Shown here: positions 34,289-46,750 of the stretch, piece after piece
Layout of the letters: every line of letters begins with the position of its first letter
Numbering within the stretch: the stretch's first letter is position 1
Source: Takakia lepidozioides
Taxonomy: Eukaryota > Plantae > Bryophyta
Direction of reading: 5' to 3'
NCBI GenBank assembly: GCA_030704615.1
Contig: CM060732.1
Location: 77,252,001 to 77,316,000 of the forward strand
DNA length: 64,000 bases
Program-made: the position numbers and the translations under genes
The notes under the pieces: generated by a model
Told to the model about the DNA's origin: nothing
Database searches by the model: none
What the model saw: only the letters and a program-made list of their open reading frames with translations

Positions 34289-37200
34289 ATGGCAACACCA
34301 CACAGAGCTTCAGAGGTTGAGAAAATCAAAGACCCGAACTTCATTGTTGAACTTGCAGTTGGGCCTCCTCTAGCCCCTCTTGTGCCTCAACAAGCAGGTG
34401 CTGGAGTAGAGCTAGGGGGAAGGTGTGTACAAACACCAAGCCGATTCATTTTCAAAAAGGCACATCTCTCTGCAGATGATAACCGAATTTTCAATGCGGA
34501 GACTGGCGAACTAGTTTGTTGCTCTCATCACTTTGGCAAGAATCCGTACGACAGCTTGGACCCTTTAGGCATTTCGAACCAGAATGAATCCTGGCAGAGG
34601 AGTCATATTCTTGGGGAGTGGGAATCTATTTGTCATGTCACTGGTTATCATGGTATGCCCAGCTTCAAGGTGAAGCCAAAAACTTTCTCAATGCACGGGC
34701 GGCAGTACATCATGGACCATAAAGGGAGCGCACATTCTTCAATGTAGCCAAGCAGTCGCGGTTCAAGACAATGTCAATCAGGCACAACCTGGTAGTTTGT
34801 AAAGGAGACAGGTTCAACCTCTGGCCAGTATGTTCGCTCTCTCTCTCTCACTGAAATTGTCCATGGAAGCTTTATAGCAGGGGGAAAATTCGAATAGGTA
34901 AGAACTGAGCGATATGGAAGGGCTACATAGGTTGTGAAGAAGAGGGTCGGAGAGATGTGTTAGTACGAACGGAGGCTGATCATGAGTGTTCATTTCATAC
35001 CCGGGTGGGTTTGCAGGAAGGATATGTGATCCGACAAACTAACAATGAGTACAAGGTCTCCTTCTCCAACCACCGAACAAAGAAGCTGCAGGGTGCTAAC
35101 CTGCAATACAAGCGCCTATGGTGGGAGGAAGGCAAGCGCTTTGTGAAGCTTCGGGTGTGCACACAGGCGTTAAAAACCATAGACAAGAAAGGCCTTGAAG
35201 TCATGGCCCAAGAAGCAGGCATCAACCTAGCTGACTACTGATTCTCATCTGAGAGTGGATTACGGGTTTCGAACCTTATAGGCAGAGATAGAAGCCGGTA
35301 GGCAACCTTCATTGAATTTTAGTTTACCAGATGGAGTGATTCCTTTCTAAGTGTGGCCTCGAGCTGATTCATGTGCTGAAGAAATAGAGAAATGTAGTTG
35401 GCAATTATGACCACGGGTTTTTCAAAGCCGCATTCTGGGAGCGCACAAGACCTCGGCTTCACCCGTGTTCGCGTGGAGTGGCAGAATGCTATTCTTTGTC
35501 TGTTTTGCCTTGTGTATTCTGAATGAAGGCTTCCATTTCCCTTGCTCTCCCCCTGCATTTTGTATCACAGAGCATGTCCTTAACAAGAAAGACTATCTCA
35601 ATCATGACAATCCTTGCCAAGGAACTCACTGACTTGGTGTTGTGTACATCTGAATTGTGAGAGCACAAAAGCTGCCTCTCGCAGCTGTTTCACAGGTGCT
35701 GAATCTGCATCATTTGTACTGGGGGTTTTGGGCCTCGGGACAACTGGGCGGGTCTCTTCCAGCTGCTGCCTTGCCACTTCAGTCGGGAGTGGGGGAGGCT
35801 TCAGAGACAGCTACGGGTGCACTTGGCCTTTTTAGCAAGTTGCCCATGCTGCTATCTTGCAACAAAGGTTGCCAGAATCCACCATTAGTAGTTCCTATTC
35901 ATCCTTCGTCTCCACCTTAACTGTTTCTCCTGATCTATCTCACTGTGGCAGTAGACCAGGGAAAATGATAGAACCTAACCAAGCATGCAGGAGATGTTTT
36001 GTAAGAATGGTACATGGTGGGGAATAAGAGCCCGATGGACTCAAAAGGTTACTTCCATGGAAAGTTTTGGGAAGTATTCTCTCCACTCCAAATACTTTCT
36101 CTGTATCTCGGTAATCGAGGCAGGAACATACCATATGAACAGATAGTGAAACCTTCCATTCTTGAAGGCAAAGGCCCCCAAAAAACTTGTGAAGTATGTT
36201 AGGAATGAAGGGGGCATCGAGTAGTAACCATAAAGATTCAGGCCCACAAGAGCAACAAGCACGAGGAGCAGGCATACTCAGCCTTCTGTTGCTGAAGCAG
36301 TGTATCAAATTCCCCTTCCGAAGGAGTCTTGCTAGCCTCACCCTGGTATATTGCAGCCTTCACTTCTTCAGACCACCCAGACAGCCTATCCCTCTCTGCA
36401 ACATGGGACCGCTGCAGCCCATTGTATGTCTCCTTTCTACTGCAACTCTCGAGGCTCTTGAAGGACTTGGCGGGGGTGTCAGTTTTCCTTGTCCCTTTCT
36501 GAGGTTTGTATGCCCTCTGGTACAGCAAACTCTTTTCTGCTTGATGAAATGGGTTTGATAGTTGCTGCATCAACTGGTGGTTTTGCGGGCCTTGCAGGTA
36601 TTACAAGATTCATCTTTTTGCTAATCTCAGTATTGGCCTTCTGGGAACAGCTACGCCTGAACCTCTTTATCTTTTGTGAGCTCTGTGAGGTCCCATACTG
36701 GCCCCCTCCAAGGGTGGTTCCTGTGAAGCATGGTCAACAGTGACACTGACAAACATGAATGGTCCCACAATGGTGTACCCACATCCCCCTTCACTGGACT
36801 AACATCGTGTGATGCAGGGTTTAAGACACCCAAACTGATGACAATAGCAGATCTCCATCTGCAATGTGACAACAAGCTTGTAGACAATGATCCATTTTCA
36901 GTGGAAATGTATTCAAATATTCATGAATAATAAAGATTTCTCTTACTGTCGATGTACCTATGAGGTCATATCTGTTTGAGTCACATATGCCTGTCAAACA
37001 CAGAAATCAGCCAGAGTACTCTTCTAATAAGTCAGCCACACAATAAAAGATAAGAGAGAACAATGCAGATTGTAAATGAGAAAGAAGAGAGAATTGCACA
37101 CATACAGAAGTCTATCAAGACCTTGATCATGAATGCTTCATTTGGGGCGGCGTCTGAGTTGATCATTGATGTCGCACCTGGAGTGCATTGGACGGCTATT

Positions 37201-37417
37201 TTGGCCATTATTATCGGGCTAAAGCAAGTTGGCGAGCATTTTCTCAAGGATGCTGTGAGTAACTTTGTTCTTAGTCCTGCACAGAATGCAGCTCAAGATT
37301 ATGTGCTGGATCTAAACTGGTATGGGGGGCGTAGCTGGGGAGGCAGGACAGTACACCGACCAGGCCATCCGCACTTTGAATATTTTCCAGTCTCTGATGA
37401 AAGAGTTCTACCACTAA
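34289..37417 (+). pseudogene. Disrupted duplicate of the LURP-like gene
   Basis: Near-identical to 28503-29426 but with a 1-nt deletion (~34724), a ~2.25-kb insertion (34812-37057) replacing ~41 nt, and a 1-nt insertion (~37315). Confidence 0.93.
35017..35241 (+). pseudogene. RPL28: Captured last exon of plastid-type ribosomal protein L28, frameshifted near its 5' end
   Basis: An acceptor ttgcag is followed by RICD..., then a frameshift, then [36 protein letters not shown]...LKTIDKKGL. No upstream exon is present. Confidence 0.8.
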
Positions 37418-38209
37418 AGTAGGACGTACTATGTTGTTACTGTAGAGCAGTGTTGGTCATTGGCTCTACTCAGGTCTAGCTTGGCAGTGTTTCTAAGGAT
37501 TGACCAACAAAACTACCAGTAGAACGCCCTTTTTCTCTACATGATCTCCAAGCAGTGACCAAGCCTCTAATATTTCCTTGAGACGGACAGCTCCTACTGT
37601 AGCAGAAGACCTTTCTGTATGTTGGAACTCAAGGGCAGTACCACCAAATTGAACTGTTCAATATACTACTCTATCTACACAGACCTTTCCAGTTTTGCAC
37701 TTGTTTCTGCACTCGAGAGCAGGTAGCATCGAAGAATGACAATGTACCTGGAGTGGGGAGGTTTTAAGTGCTTTGGTGGAGGTGGAGACTGAGGGTAGGT
37801 TCATTGTGTCCCTTGAAGAATATAACCGCATCCGGGGATGTTACTGACTGGGGGGGGGGAGTGAAATTGTAAAGTGTTCTCACACGAGCGTTGTGTTTTC
37901 ATGATTGCACCGGGATAGCCATGCATCAGTCTAAATATGTGTAGTACCAATTTATCAACAGGAGAAGCAAGCCCTAAAATGCGACCCCCTGTAACTTGCA
38001 CCCCAAGTCAAGGTCCAAGCTTAAAGGTGTGCAAGGACATAGACAACGGATGAGTGGCAGGTTACAATCGGAGGCACATCAGAGCTGACTCTACAGTTGA
38101 GAGATCGAACTAATCATTTTCGTGAATAGATCTTGTTGCGGAATGCAAAGAATGTGCCACTCATGTGCTCTTTCAAAGCAGTTTGATAGAGGGTTTCAAG
38201 GCATTGCTG

Positions 38210-39310
38210 ATGGAGGCCGTTGAAGTTGATGGAAGCCTCTTAGAAGGAGGGGGTCAGGTGCTCAGAAACTGTGCAGCTTATGCTGCGATTCTCGGCAAGT
38301 CTGTTCACTTCGTAAAGATCAGAGCAAACAGACCGAAACCTGGTTTAAGACCACAACATCTTGAAGGATTAAAGCTTACTTCGAAAGTGACGCATGGAAC
38401 ACTAGTGAATGCAAACGAGAATTCGCAAGACGTTTGGTTCACTCCAGGCCGACTATCTGATGATCTTTCGAACTCCAATGAGATAACCAGACACGTAGCA
38501 GATACAAAAACTGCTGGAGCTTGCTCTCTTCTTCTACAAGTCTCTTTGCCCATACTATTGTTCTCCCCCAATAAGAGTGAGTTGGTACTCAAAGGTGGAA
38601 CAAATGTATCATTCTCGCCACCAATTGATTACATGAACAATGTTCTACTCCCACTGCTTCAAAAACATTTCGGTGTGACAGTCGATATCGAGGTCGCGAG
38701 GCGCGGATTCATGCCAAGAGGTGGAGGAATCGTTAACGTGAAGGTTCAACCGGCAACGTTGTTGCCTCCACTTCGTATGGTCGACAGAGGCATTGTTGTT
38801 CGCATCAATGCAAAGCTGTATGGATTTGGCAACGTGGATCAGCAGTTTACGGACAGTGTGAAAGAAAGCGTGGCCAACACGCTCCACGAGAATGGAATCG
38901 ATGTCGAATTGAACTTTGAATACGATATCCAAGGTTTGGATTCCAAATCAAAACTGGTATGTGGACTTTTTCTTTATGCGGAATCGTCGACAGGATGTAT
39001 GTTGGGGGGCGGCTCGCTGGGGGGTCATAATGGAAAACCTGAGCGATTGGCTCATTTTGCTGTGAAAGATCTGGTGAAACAATTGTCCGATGGAGGTTGC
39101 ACTGACGAACATTTGCAGGACCAGCTTATTATCTTCATGACCTTAGCTACTGGAGTATCGGAGATCATGACTGGACCTATCACTCTGCACACGGAGACTG
39201 CTATTCACTTTGCTCACCATATGACCGATGCAAAAATTACAATAACTCCAATCACAGGAAGCCATAGGAATCTCATAAGGTGTCAAGGGATTGGCTATAC
39301 ACTACAGTGA
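38210..39310 (+). CDS. RTCA: RNA 3'-terminal phosphate cyclase, class I (RtcA-type), intronless
   Basis: DGSLLEGGGQVLR, RPKPGLRPQH, LKGGTNV, RRGFMPRGGG, DEHLQDQL, and TLHTETAI carrying the adenylated His. Confidence 0.93.
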   Translation: MEAVEVDGSLLEGGGQVLRNCAAYAAILGKSVHFVKIRANRPKPGLRPQHLEGLKLTSKVTHGTLVNANENSQDVWFTPGRLSDDLSNSNEITRHVADTKTAGACSLLLQVSLPILLFSPNKSELVLKGGTNVSFSPPIDYMNNVLLPLLQKHFGVTVDIEVARRGFMPRGGGIVNVKVQPATLLPPLRMVDRGIVVRINAKLYGFGNVDQQFTDSVKESVANTLHENGIDVELNFEYDIQGLDSKSKLVCGLFLYAESSTGCMLGGGSLGGHNGKPERLAHFAVKDLVKQLSDGGCTDEHLQDQLIIFMTLATGVSEIMTGPITLHTETAIHFAHHMTDAKITITPITGSHRNLIRCQGIGYTLQ

Positions 39311-41292
39311 GCATCTGATGAGTGTGCAGGTTTTCTTGACATGAAACATGATGTCAAACTCAGTCGGATTGTGTAAGTGGTAGCTTGACATTGCCACTGC
39401 AAGATACTCTTGAGATTGCAGCAATATTGCTCAATGCACATTGAAACTGTTGACAGTGCACTTGCTATGAAAATGCAACAAATGAGACAGTCCTGGTGGA
39501 AATTCTGGATCAGTATGGAGGTTTCCTGTGTGCTTGAAAGTGTTAAGGACCTTTCTTCTTTTCTTTCTGCTTCCACATACATGCATGATGCAGTTAAAAG
39601 CCTGCCTTACGTCAGCATCTGCTCCAATCTTCTCGCAGAGGCCAGGTGCAGTCAAGCATCAGCAATTTTTTGACTACAATGTATGTCAAAATCGTCTGAG
39701 GCTGGCAAGATGGCTTGATTGTCGCATAAAAATCTGTAACAATGTAATAGCAAGATAACAAATAACATTGTACAATGACAAGGCCTCGTCTCCAGTTGTC
39801 CTCGTGTGGCCATGAGTCCCATACTTCCATGCAAAATGAATCTTCTCTGTCACTGCTTGCTTAAGGGAACAGCCCTGAAACTTAAAAATAGTGCTGAATG
39901 TCTTTCAATGTGTTGCCTGACTATTTTGAAGCTGATTCTTTGGGTGCTTTCTTCACCTCCAGCAATTCCACATTCATTTCAAATGTGGCGCCCGGCTGCA
40001 CAAACCAGAATTAGACATCAGTCTCAGCCCCCCTATCCTTCAGCTATGAATGGCACACACAGCAGGAGTATCTCAAAGCCAAGTCCCCTGAAGGTAACCC
40101 CTAAGGTATGCCCCTGACATTTGCACTGAAAGGTCAGAAGACTCATTGTACAGCAAATACCAGACAATGTGAAGACACATCAATAAGAGAATGAACTAGA
40201 AAAACAAAGGGGGCACAGAGAGAGAAAAGAGAAGAAAGGGAGGACAAGTACGAGAGATAGACCACCTAAAGATCAACTGAAAAGCAAAGAGGCTTATGAG
40301 ACAACCGTTGAAGATAAGTGATGTTGATTCCTCATTCACTCCAGGCACCTTAGAAAAGACACTGAAGCAAAACCAACTAAGAGGATCTATCAAGCTCAAC
40401 CAACATACTAAGACATTAAATTACCGGTATCTCGTTCAATCCCTTCTTGCCATAGCCTGCCTCCGGTGGTACACTAACAGTTCGCTGTCGAATACACCCA
40501 GGTACCACATGTCAGTCGACAAATGCTTTGGAGCCCAACACCAAGGCAAGATATTCACAAGCACTTTTTTTGAGCTGCTATGTGGGTGCCGGAACACCCC
40601 TGTGCAACTACTATGAGGTAGCCAAACATATGCCGCATCAGTCCAGGGTAAAACCCGAAATAACAAGTCAGACAAAGTGCAATGCTTTTATGACTGTCAT
40701 TGACAACCCTTGGATCATCAACTGCATGATGCATCCCTTATACCCTTATACACTTCATCAGCTACCGACAGTAAGGCCAAGAGTGCTCGTGCCAAAAGGT
40801 ACATGGAGTGAACAAAGGCAAGCACAAGCCAAGGAGAGGAGACAGGAGGAGGGGAGAAGGATCCCAAGTGACTAAAGAGTACCTAAAACTGCCGACTTAG
40901 AACAAGCAGCTAAGCAATCTGGAATACAAAGACACGAAGGGAGAGGCGAGACGTGGGATCGAAATTGGAGCGGAAGCACAAGGCGAGAGAGCACAAGGAT
41001 TCACTCGCCGATCAGACCTCAGAGTGCTGGGAAAGAAGAAACATTACTAGTGTGAAGGAATTAACGAAGACGACAGGGGAGTTAATGCCTGACCATCGTT
41101 GTCAGGCTGGAAACAGCGGGAGTGAAGGAGCTTGCCAGATCGCCTGAGAGTGATACGAGGTGACAAGTGGGGGTGCAAAATTGATAGCCAACCTCCTCGT
41201 TCCAGCCATCTCCAGCCTAGAATGCTCGTGCTTCTCATTCTAGCGAGGGTCGGAAGCTAGTTTAGCGTAGAGCAGGAATAGGGTGCCATAGT

Positions 41293-41331
41293 GCCACGTC
41301 ATCTTAGCCACGTCATCTTCGCCACGTCATC
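41293..41331. promoter_or_regulatory. Three tandem GCCACGTCATC (ACGT-core, bZIP-type) sites
   Basis: Exact 11-mer repeated three times at 14-15 bp spacing, just upstream of the PDF-PPR pseudogene. Confidence 0.45.
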
Positions 41332-41470
41332 GGCACCACGTTTTCGTAGCTAGGTCATCGTCGTCAATTTCTTTTTGGGACCTGCCCGGACTGCTCGAAA
41401 TGTTTTCTTGGTCTTAGCAGGCCGTGTTTCAATGTCTGCCTGCTCAGCTGCACCGTGGTGGTTCTCACAG

Positions 41471-43700
41471 ACCAATCCCACATTACCTGACTACAGACAC
41501 AAGCAGCACACACAAGAGGTCATTTTGGGTTGATGGTCGGTCAAATCCTCCCTGCGTCATGACACAAGGTCGAGGACAATGTGGTGAGGGCACCTTCTTC
41601 TTCGACCTATTTCAGCCTGTTTTGCCCTCTCATCAGACTCGTGCATATTGAAATCTGTAAGTTAGCTCGTTGGGGGGATCTGTGGTATCCAAAAAAAGAT
41701 AACAGAGATGAGGAGAAGCTTGGAATGAACACTTTTCCGACCCCAGTCAATGGTGGGACAATGAAGACAAAAAGGTGAATGCCTGTTGGACTACAGAGAG
41801 AAGCAGATGCAATTCAGAATTGGAACTAATGTAATAAATAGGGTTGGGGTGTTTGCTGGAAGAACTTCACGCCGTCAGTGTCAGCTGCCAGCAGCAAGGC
41901 TGAGGATGTATTCATGATTTGTACACAGGCAGGGATAGCTGAAGGACCAGGGATAAAGGTCCAGATTCATCCAAGAGGGCCGGATTTCAAACACAAGATC
42001 ACTTCTGATTCCCTGTGGATCCATAGCTACAACAAATCTGCGTGGGTAGATGCTCAACTGGAAACAGCAGCGGCAGCAGCACAATTAATAGAACAAGGCA
42101 CTGCTAATGAAGGCACCTTCTTCAACACATTTCAGCCTGTTTTTTCCCTGTTATCAGAGTCGTCCTTAAATTTTCATGTTGAATTCTGCAAGTTAGCTCG
42201 TTGGTGGATCTATGGTGATTTTGGAGTGATTTTGACATGTTACTGCCAATGCGGCAACAAGAAAGTATCGAAAAACAGATAACAGAGACGAGGAGAAGCT
42301 CTGGAATGAGTACGTTTCCGATCCCAGTCAATGGTGGAACAATCGAGGCAAAAAGGTGAATGCCTGTTGGAAGCACATGCAAGTCAGCATAGGAACTAGT
42401 GTGATAAGTAGGGTTGGGGTGTTTGCTGGAACCATTCTAGGCTGTTGTCAGCTGCTAGCAGCAAGGCAAGGATGTATGCATGATTTGTGCAGAGGCATGG
42501 ATAGCTGAAGGAGCAGGGATAGAGTGTGGGTCTAGATTCATCCAAGAGGGCCGGATTTCAAGTTCCAGATTACCTATGATTCCCTGTGGATCAATAGCTA
42601 CAAGAAACCTGCATGGGTAGATGTTCACAGTTGATAAAATCAGGCACCGCAACCATGACCACAACTTCTGAAAGAGGATCAAGAGAGGGAGTCCACAATG
42701 CCTCTTCTGGCACTTCTGGGCATGTGAAGATGCTTTGTGCGGCAGGCAGACTGACATAGGCTCTCCAGACTTTAAACCAAGGAGGCATTTATGTCTGTCT
42801 CTTGCTTAAGTGCATCAAGATGGAAGGTCTGGAAGCTGGACAGCAGGTTCACACTCACATTATCCAAAGTGGATTCACGCCCCATGTTTTTCTACGCAAC
42901 ACCCTTGTCAACATCTATGTTAAGTGCGGGAGCATCATGGATGCTCACCAAGTGTTCAATAGAATGCCTCAACGATCTTTGATCACGTGGAATATAATGT
43001 TGGCAGGATTTACCAAGCATGGGTGTGGTAGTAATGCTTTTGGAGACCTATGAGCAAATGCTGCGCGAAGGGGTGAAGCCCAACCACATCACATTTGTTT
43101 GTGTTTGCAATGCGTGTGCAAGCCTGGGAGCTCTGGAAAAGGGGAAAGAGGTCCACGGTGACATCGTCAAAGCAGGAATTGTACCAGATGTCATTCTGAA
43201 CACTGCCCTGGTGGACATGTATGCCAAATGTGGGTGCATTAAGGATGCGAAAGGAGTTTTCAACACTATGGCTGAATGAGATGTGGTGTCATGGAACGCG
43301 ATGCTTGCAGGGTATTCACAGCAGGGACGTGGTATGGAGGCTTTGGAGACCTATGATCAAATGATGGGGGAAGGGGTGAAGCCCGACCACATCACGTTTG
43401 TGTGCATTTGCAATGCGTGTGCAAGCCTGGTAGCTCTGGTAAATGGCAAAGAGGTCCATGGCAACATTGTCAGAGCTGCAATTGTACCAAATGTCATTCT
43501 GAACAATACCCTCGTGGACATGTATGAAGGGAGTGTTCGACAGTATGGCTGAACAAGATGTGGTGTCGTGGAGTGCGATGATTGCAGGATATGCACAGTA
43601 AGGGCGCGGGATGGAGGCTTTGGAGCAAATGATGTGATGTGCGAAGGGGCGAGCAGGGCGAGTGGATGAGGCAGAGGACTTCATTAACAAAATGCCAATC
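41471..43700 (+). pseudogene. Pseudogene: three OSB-type PDF motifs followed by a PLS PPR array
   Basis: WNE..SDPSQWW(D/N)N..KK | IHPRGPDFK..IT.DSLWI..Y.K.AWV motifs, then a linker reading into PPR motifs homologous to the gene at 2-2413. Multiple stops and frameshifts. Confidence 0.8.
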
Positions 43701-43704
43701 AGTC

Positions 43705-44300
43705 CGAAGAATTTTGTTTCAAGCTGGCCCCTTTTGGCTTCGGGGCATCCCATGGGGCGAATCTCCCCCGCGGTCGCCTTCTCATTCAGTACCTTAGATG
43801 TGATGCCCTGGCTGATGGATTGGGTGCAAAGTCCAACACGAATGTTAGTGCTATTTTCCGTGCAGTACTTGGTGGAGAGAGTCCCAACCTTGCATTTCGA
43901 AGGTCTGACTTGAATGGGCACACTCTTGCAGTGGAAGGCTCCTGGAGAAATGAGTCTGGACAGATATGCATGGTGGCATGCCATGTTGGTGCAAAGAACA
44001 GCGATGTGAGTGGTGATTGTGATATCAAAATCTGCCTCCACGTTCGAGCGGCTTTCTCTCTCAAGCAGCGCAGCATTGTGGAAGGCACCATTTCCAGCAT
44101 CTGGCCTCCCAACCGCTCTAGTTCATTCAACCCTCTCTCCTTCCACGTCTCTCCACAACCAGGATGTTCCAGCCAGTGTCCAAAAGCAGCTTCAGTACAA
44201 GCACGACAACATCAAGGGGGCAGGTGCAGTGATGGAAAGGTATGGACCTAACCTCGTTCGGTCCAGAATCCGGGCCAGTGGGTTCCATTACCCTGCTCTC
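43705..44300 (+). pseudogene. DUF2921-like gene fragment wedged between PPR remnants
   Basis: TLAVEGSWRNESGQICMVAC...ICLHVRAAFSLKQRSIVEGTISS...SFNPLSF resembles the N-terminal region of plant DUF2921 proteins (from recall). Confidence 0.55.
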
Positions 44301-44309
44301 CATGGACTT

Positions 44310-45640
44310 GATGAAAGGCTTGGTAGAGGGAAAGCAACTGCACTCCCACATCATTAGAAGTGGATTCAGGCCAAACATCTTTTTGCTCCATAACATTCTC
44401 AACATTTATGTCAAGGGCGGTAGTGTGGTGGATGCACGCCTCCTGTTTCACAAGATGCCTGAATGACATGTGTTCATGTGGAATATATTGTGACAGGATA
44501 TGCCAAGCATGGGTCTAATAAGGAGGCCTTTGAGATCTATAAGCAAATGAGAGCGGCAGGTGTGACGACAAACACTGTCACATTCATTTGCATTCTTAAG
44601 GTGTGTTGCATCCTGGGCCTACAAAGGCAAAGAGGTCCACGATGGGATCATCAAAGCTGGCATTAGACCAGATGTGATTTCCCAGACCTGCCCTTTCTAC
44701 CATGTATGCCAAATGTGGGAACATGGAAGATCCGCAGTGAAGTGTTTGAAAATATGCCTCAAAAAGATGCGGTCTTATGAAGTGCGAGGATTGCAGAATA
44801 TGCTCAGTATGGGCCCGGTATGGAGGCTTCAAACTTCTATCAGCATATGATACGACAAGGGGTGATGCCCAGCAAGGTCACTCTCATGTGCGTTCTCAGT
44901 GCATGTGCCAGCCTGACAGCCCTGAAGCAGGGCAAACAGGTCCATGTTGAGATTATCAAAGCTGGAATTGCGCCAGATGTGAATTTGGAGAATACCCTTC
45001 CCTACATGTATGGCAAATGCGGGAGCATGAAAGATGCACATCAAGTGTTTGCCACCATGTCTGCACGAAATGCTGTCTTGTGGAACGTGATGATGGCAGG
45101 ATATTGACGACATGGGTGTAGAAGGGATGCTTTAGAAATGTATGAGGAAATGAGACAGGAAGGGGTGATGCATGACAAGGTCACTTCACTTGTACTCTGC
45201 ATGCATGTGCAAGCCTAGGAACCCTGGAAAAAGGCAAAGGGATGCATGCTGACACCATCAGATCTGGAATTGCTTCTTCTATGAAGTTGGAGAATAGCCT
45301 TGTTGACATGTATGCCAAATGTGGGAGCATGAAGGATGCGCATCTAGTGTTTGACAACATAGGAATGTGGTCTCATGGAAGTGTTGATCGGAGGATATTC
45401 TCAGCAAGTTGATATGGCTGCTTTGGACAGCTATGAGGAAATGAGCGAGGAAGGGGTCACACCTGACAACTTCACTTTCGTTTGCAATCTTAATGCTTGT
45501 GCCAGTTTTGTGGCCCTGGAAAAGGGCAAAGAGGTACATGCTGACATCACCAAAGCTGGAATTGCGTCATATAAATTTGGAGAATACGCTTGTCAACATG
45601 CATGCCAAATGTGGGATTATGGAGGATGCTTCTGTTTCAT
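44310..45640 (+). pseudogene. Second decayed PLS PPR array
   Basis: Repeated GKQ(L/V)H..II, MY.KCGS..DA and W..M..GY motifs with many frameshifts and stops. Confidence 0.9.
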
Positions 45641-45699
45641 AATCTGATACTAGACATTAACCACAGTAGACCAGCTAACAAGAGTAACGTACAGTGATT

Positions 45700-46750
45700 G
45701 GATCATGTAGAAGGTGTGTACAGATACTCCTGTACGCTGCTCTAACAGGGCTGAGCTCAAGATATCAACATCTATCAGATGCTGTGCTTAGAGGTATCTT
45801 TTTCGTGCCCTACCACCAAAACTCCTTGCTGGAAAGAAGCACATCTTATGGGTCCTTTTTTTGTGCTTCAGATTACTGTCATGGTGCTGAAAAGATACTT
45901 TCCACAGCACGTACCCCAGTTTTAATTCCTGATTTGTGTCTCACCATTCCACATAAACCAGGTGGCATACCGTTGTCACCCCTGCTTTCTTCAATGGTCA
46001 CCAGGCATTCCAACAGATTTCAAATCATGCTTCATACACGAAATCCATTATCCATATTGCGTACCGAAAAGACTTTCTACACTATGGCACCATTCCAACC
46101 TAGTTCTGAGCCAAATGTAAAGGTCTTTCAGATCTCATTCACAGAGTCTCAAGAATTTTCAGGTACATCAGGGTCAGACTATCTGCCCTGCAGTTTGCGT
46201 TTACTCCAGAAACTATGTTTAGATTACTTGGCTGAGTACCCAACTGTTTGCTATAGGCCCAAGTGGCAAAGTGGCCTCCTTACCTTGATACAAATGTCTT
46301 ACAGGCGTCTTACATGCAATTGCAAAATACTGAAGTACAGGTGGACTAAGGCATCTCTCAGTCACCCATACTGTACACATAACAGATTGGCGGTTGTCCA
46401 CACAGGCCTGCTACTGCCTGCTACTGCCTTTCAAACATGCCTTTTCAAAATCTTGAGAGGTCCGGTTCTAGTCCCATGGTCATGACAGCACCAAAAACAT
46501 GACGGTATAACTTAGGGAGTTTGTTCTGTTTCATCTTCCTTGTAGAATACATACAAGAAAATGCCAGAATGCATCTTTCTATTAAAAGAATTCCAGATTG
46601 AACCCTTTTTCCTATGGTGTTAGTGAGAGAGTTTTGATTTGTTCTTACAGGTGCCAACTGGAGGTCCTCAAGCCCTAGGCCGTAATGCCCAGGGGCTGCA
46701 AAGTAATAGCCCATTTGGAAATGGGAATTGGGAGTTCTATGGGGCACTCA
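45700..46750 (-). mobile_element. Probable heavily decayed LINE ORF2 segment
   Basis: Only weak motifs (AAPGHYGLGLEDL resembles the L1 'P...GGLG' motif). Confidence 0.3.

Noticed and set aside
45694-46485. 263-aa plus-strand ORF
   Set aside because: No recognisable domain, non-ATG start, and probably antisense to decayed LINE sequence.
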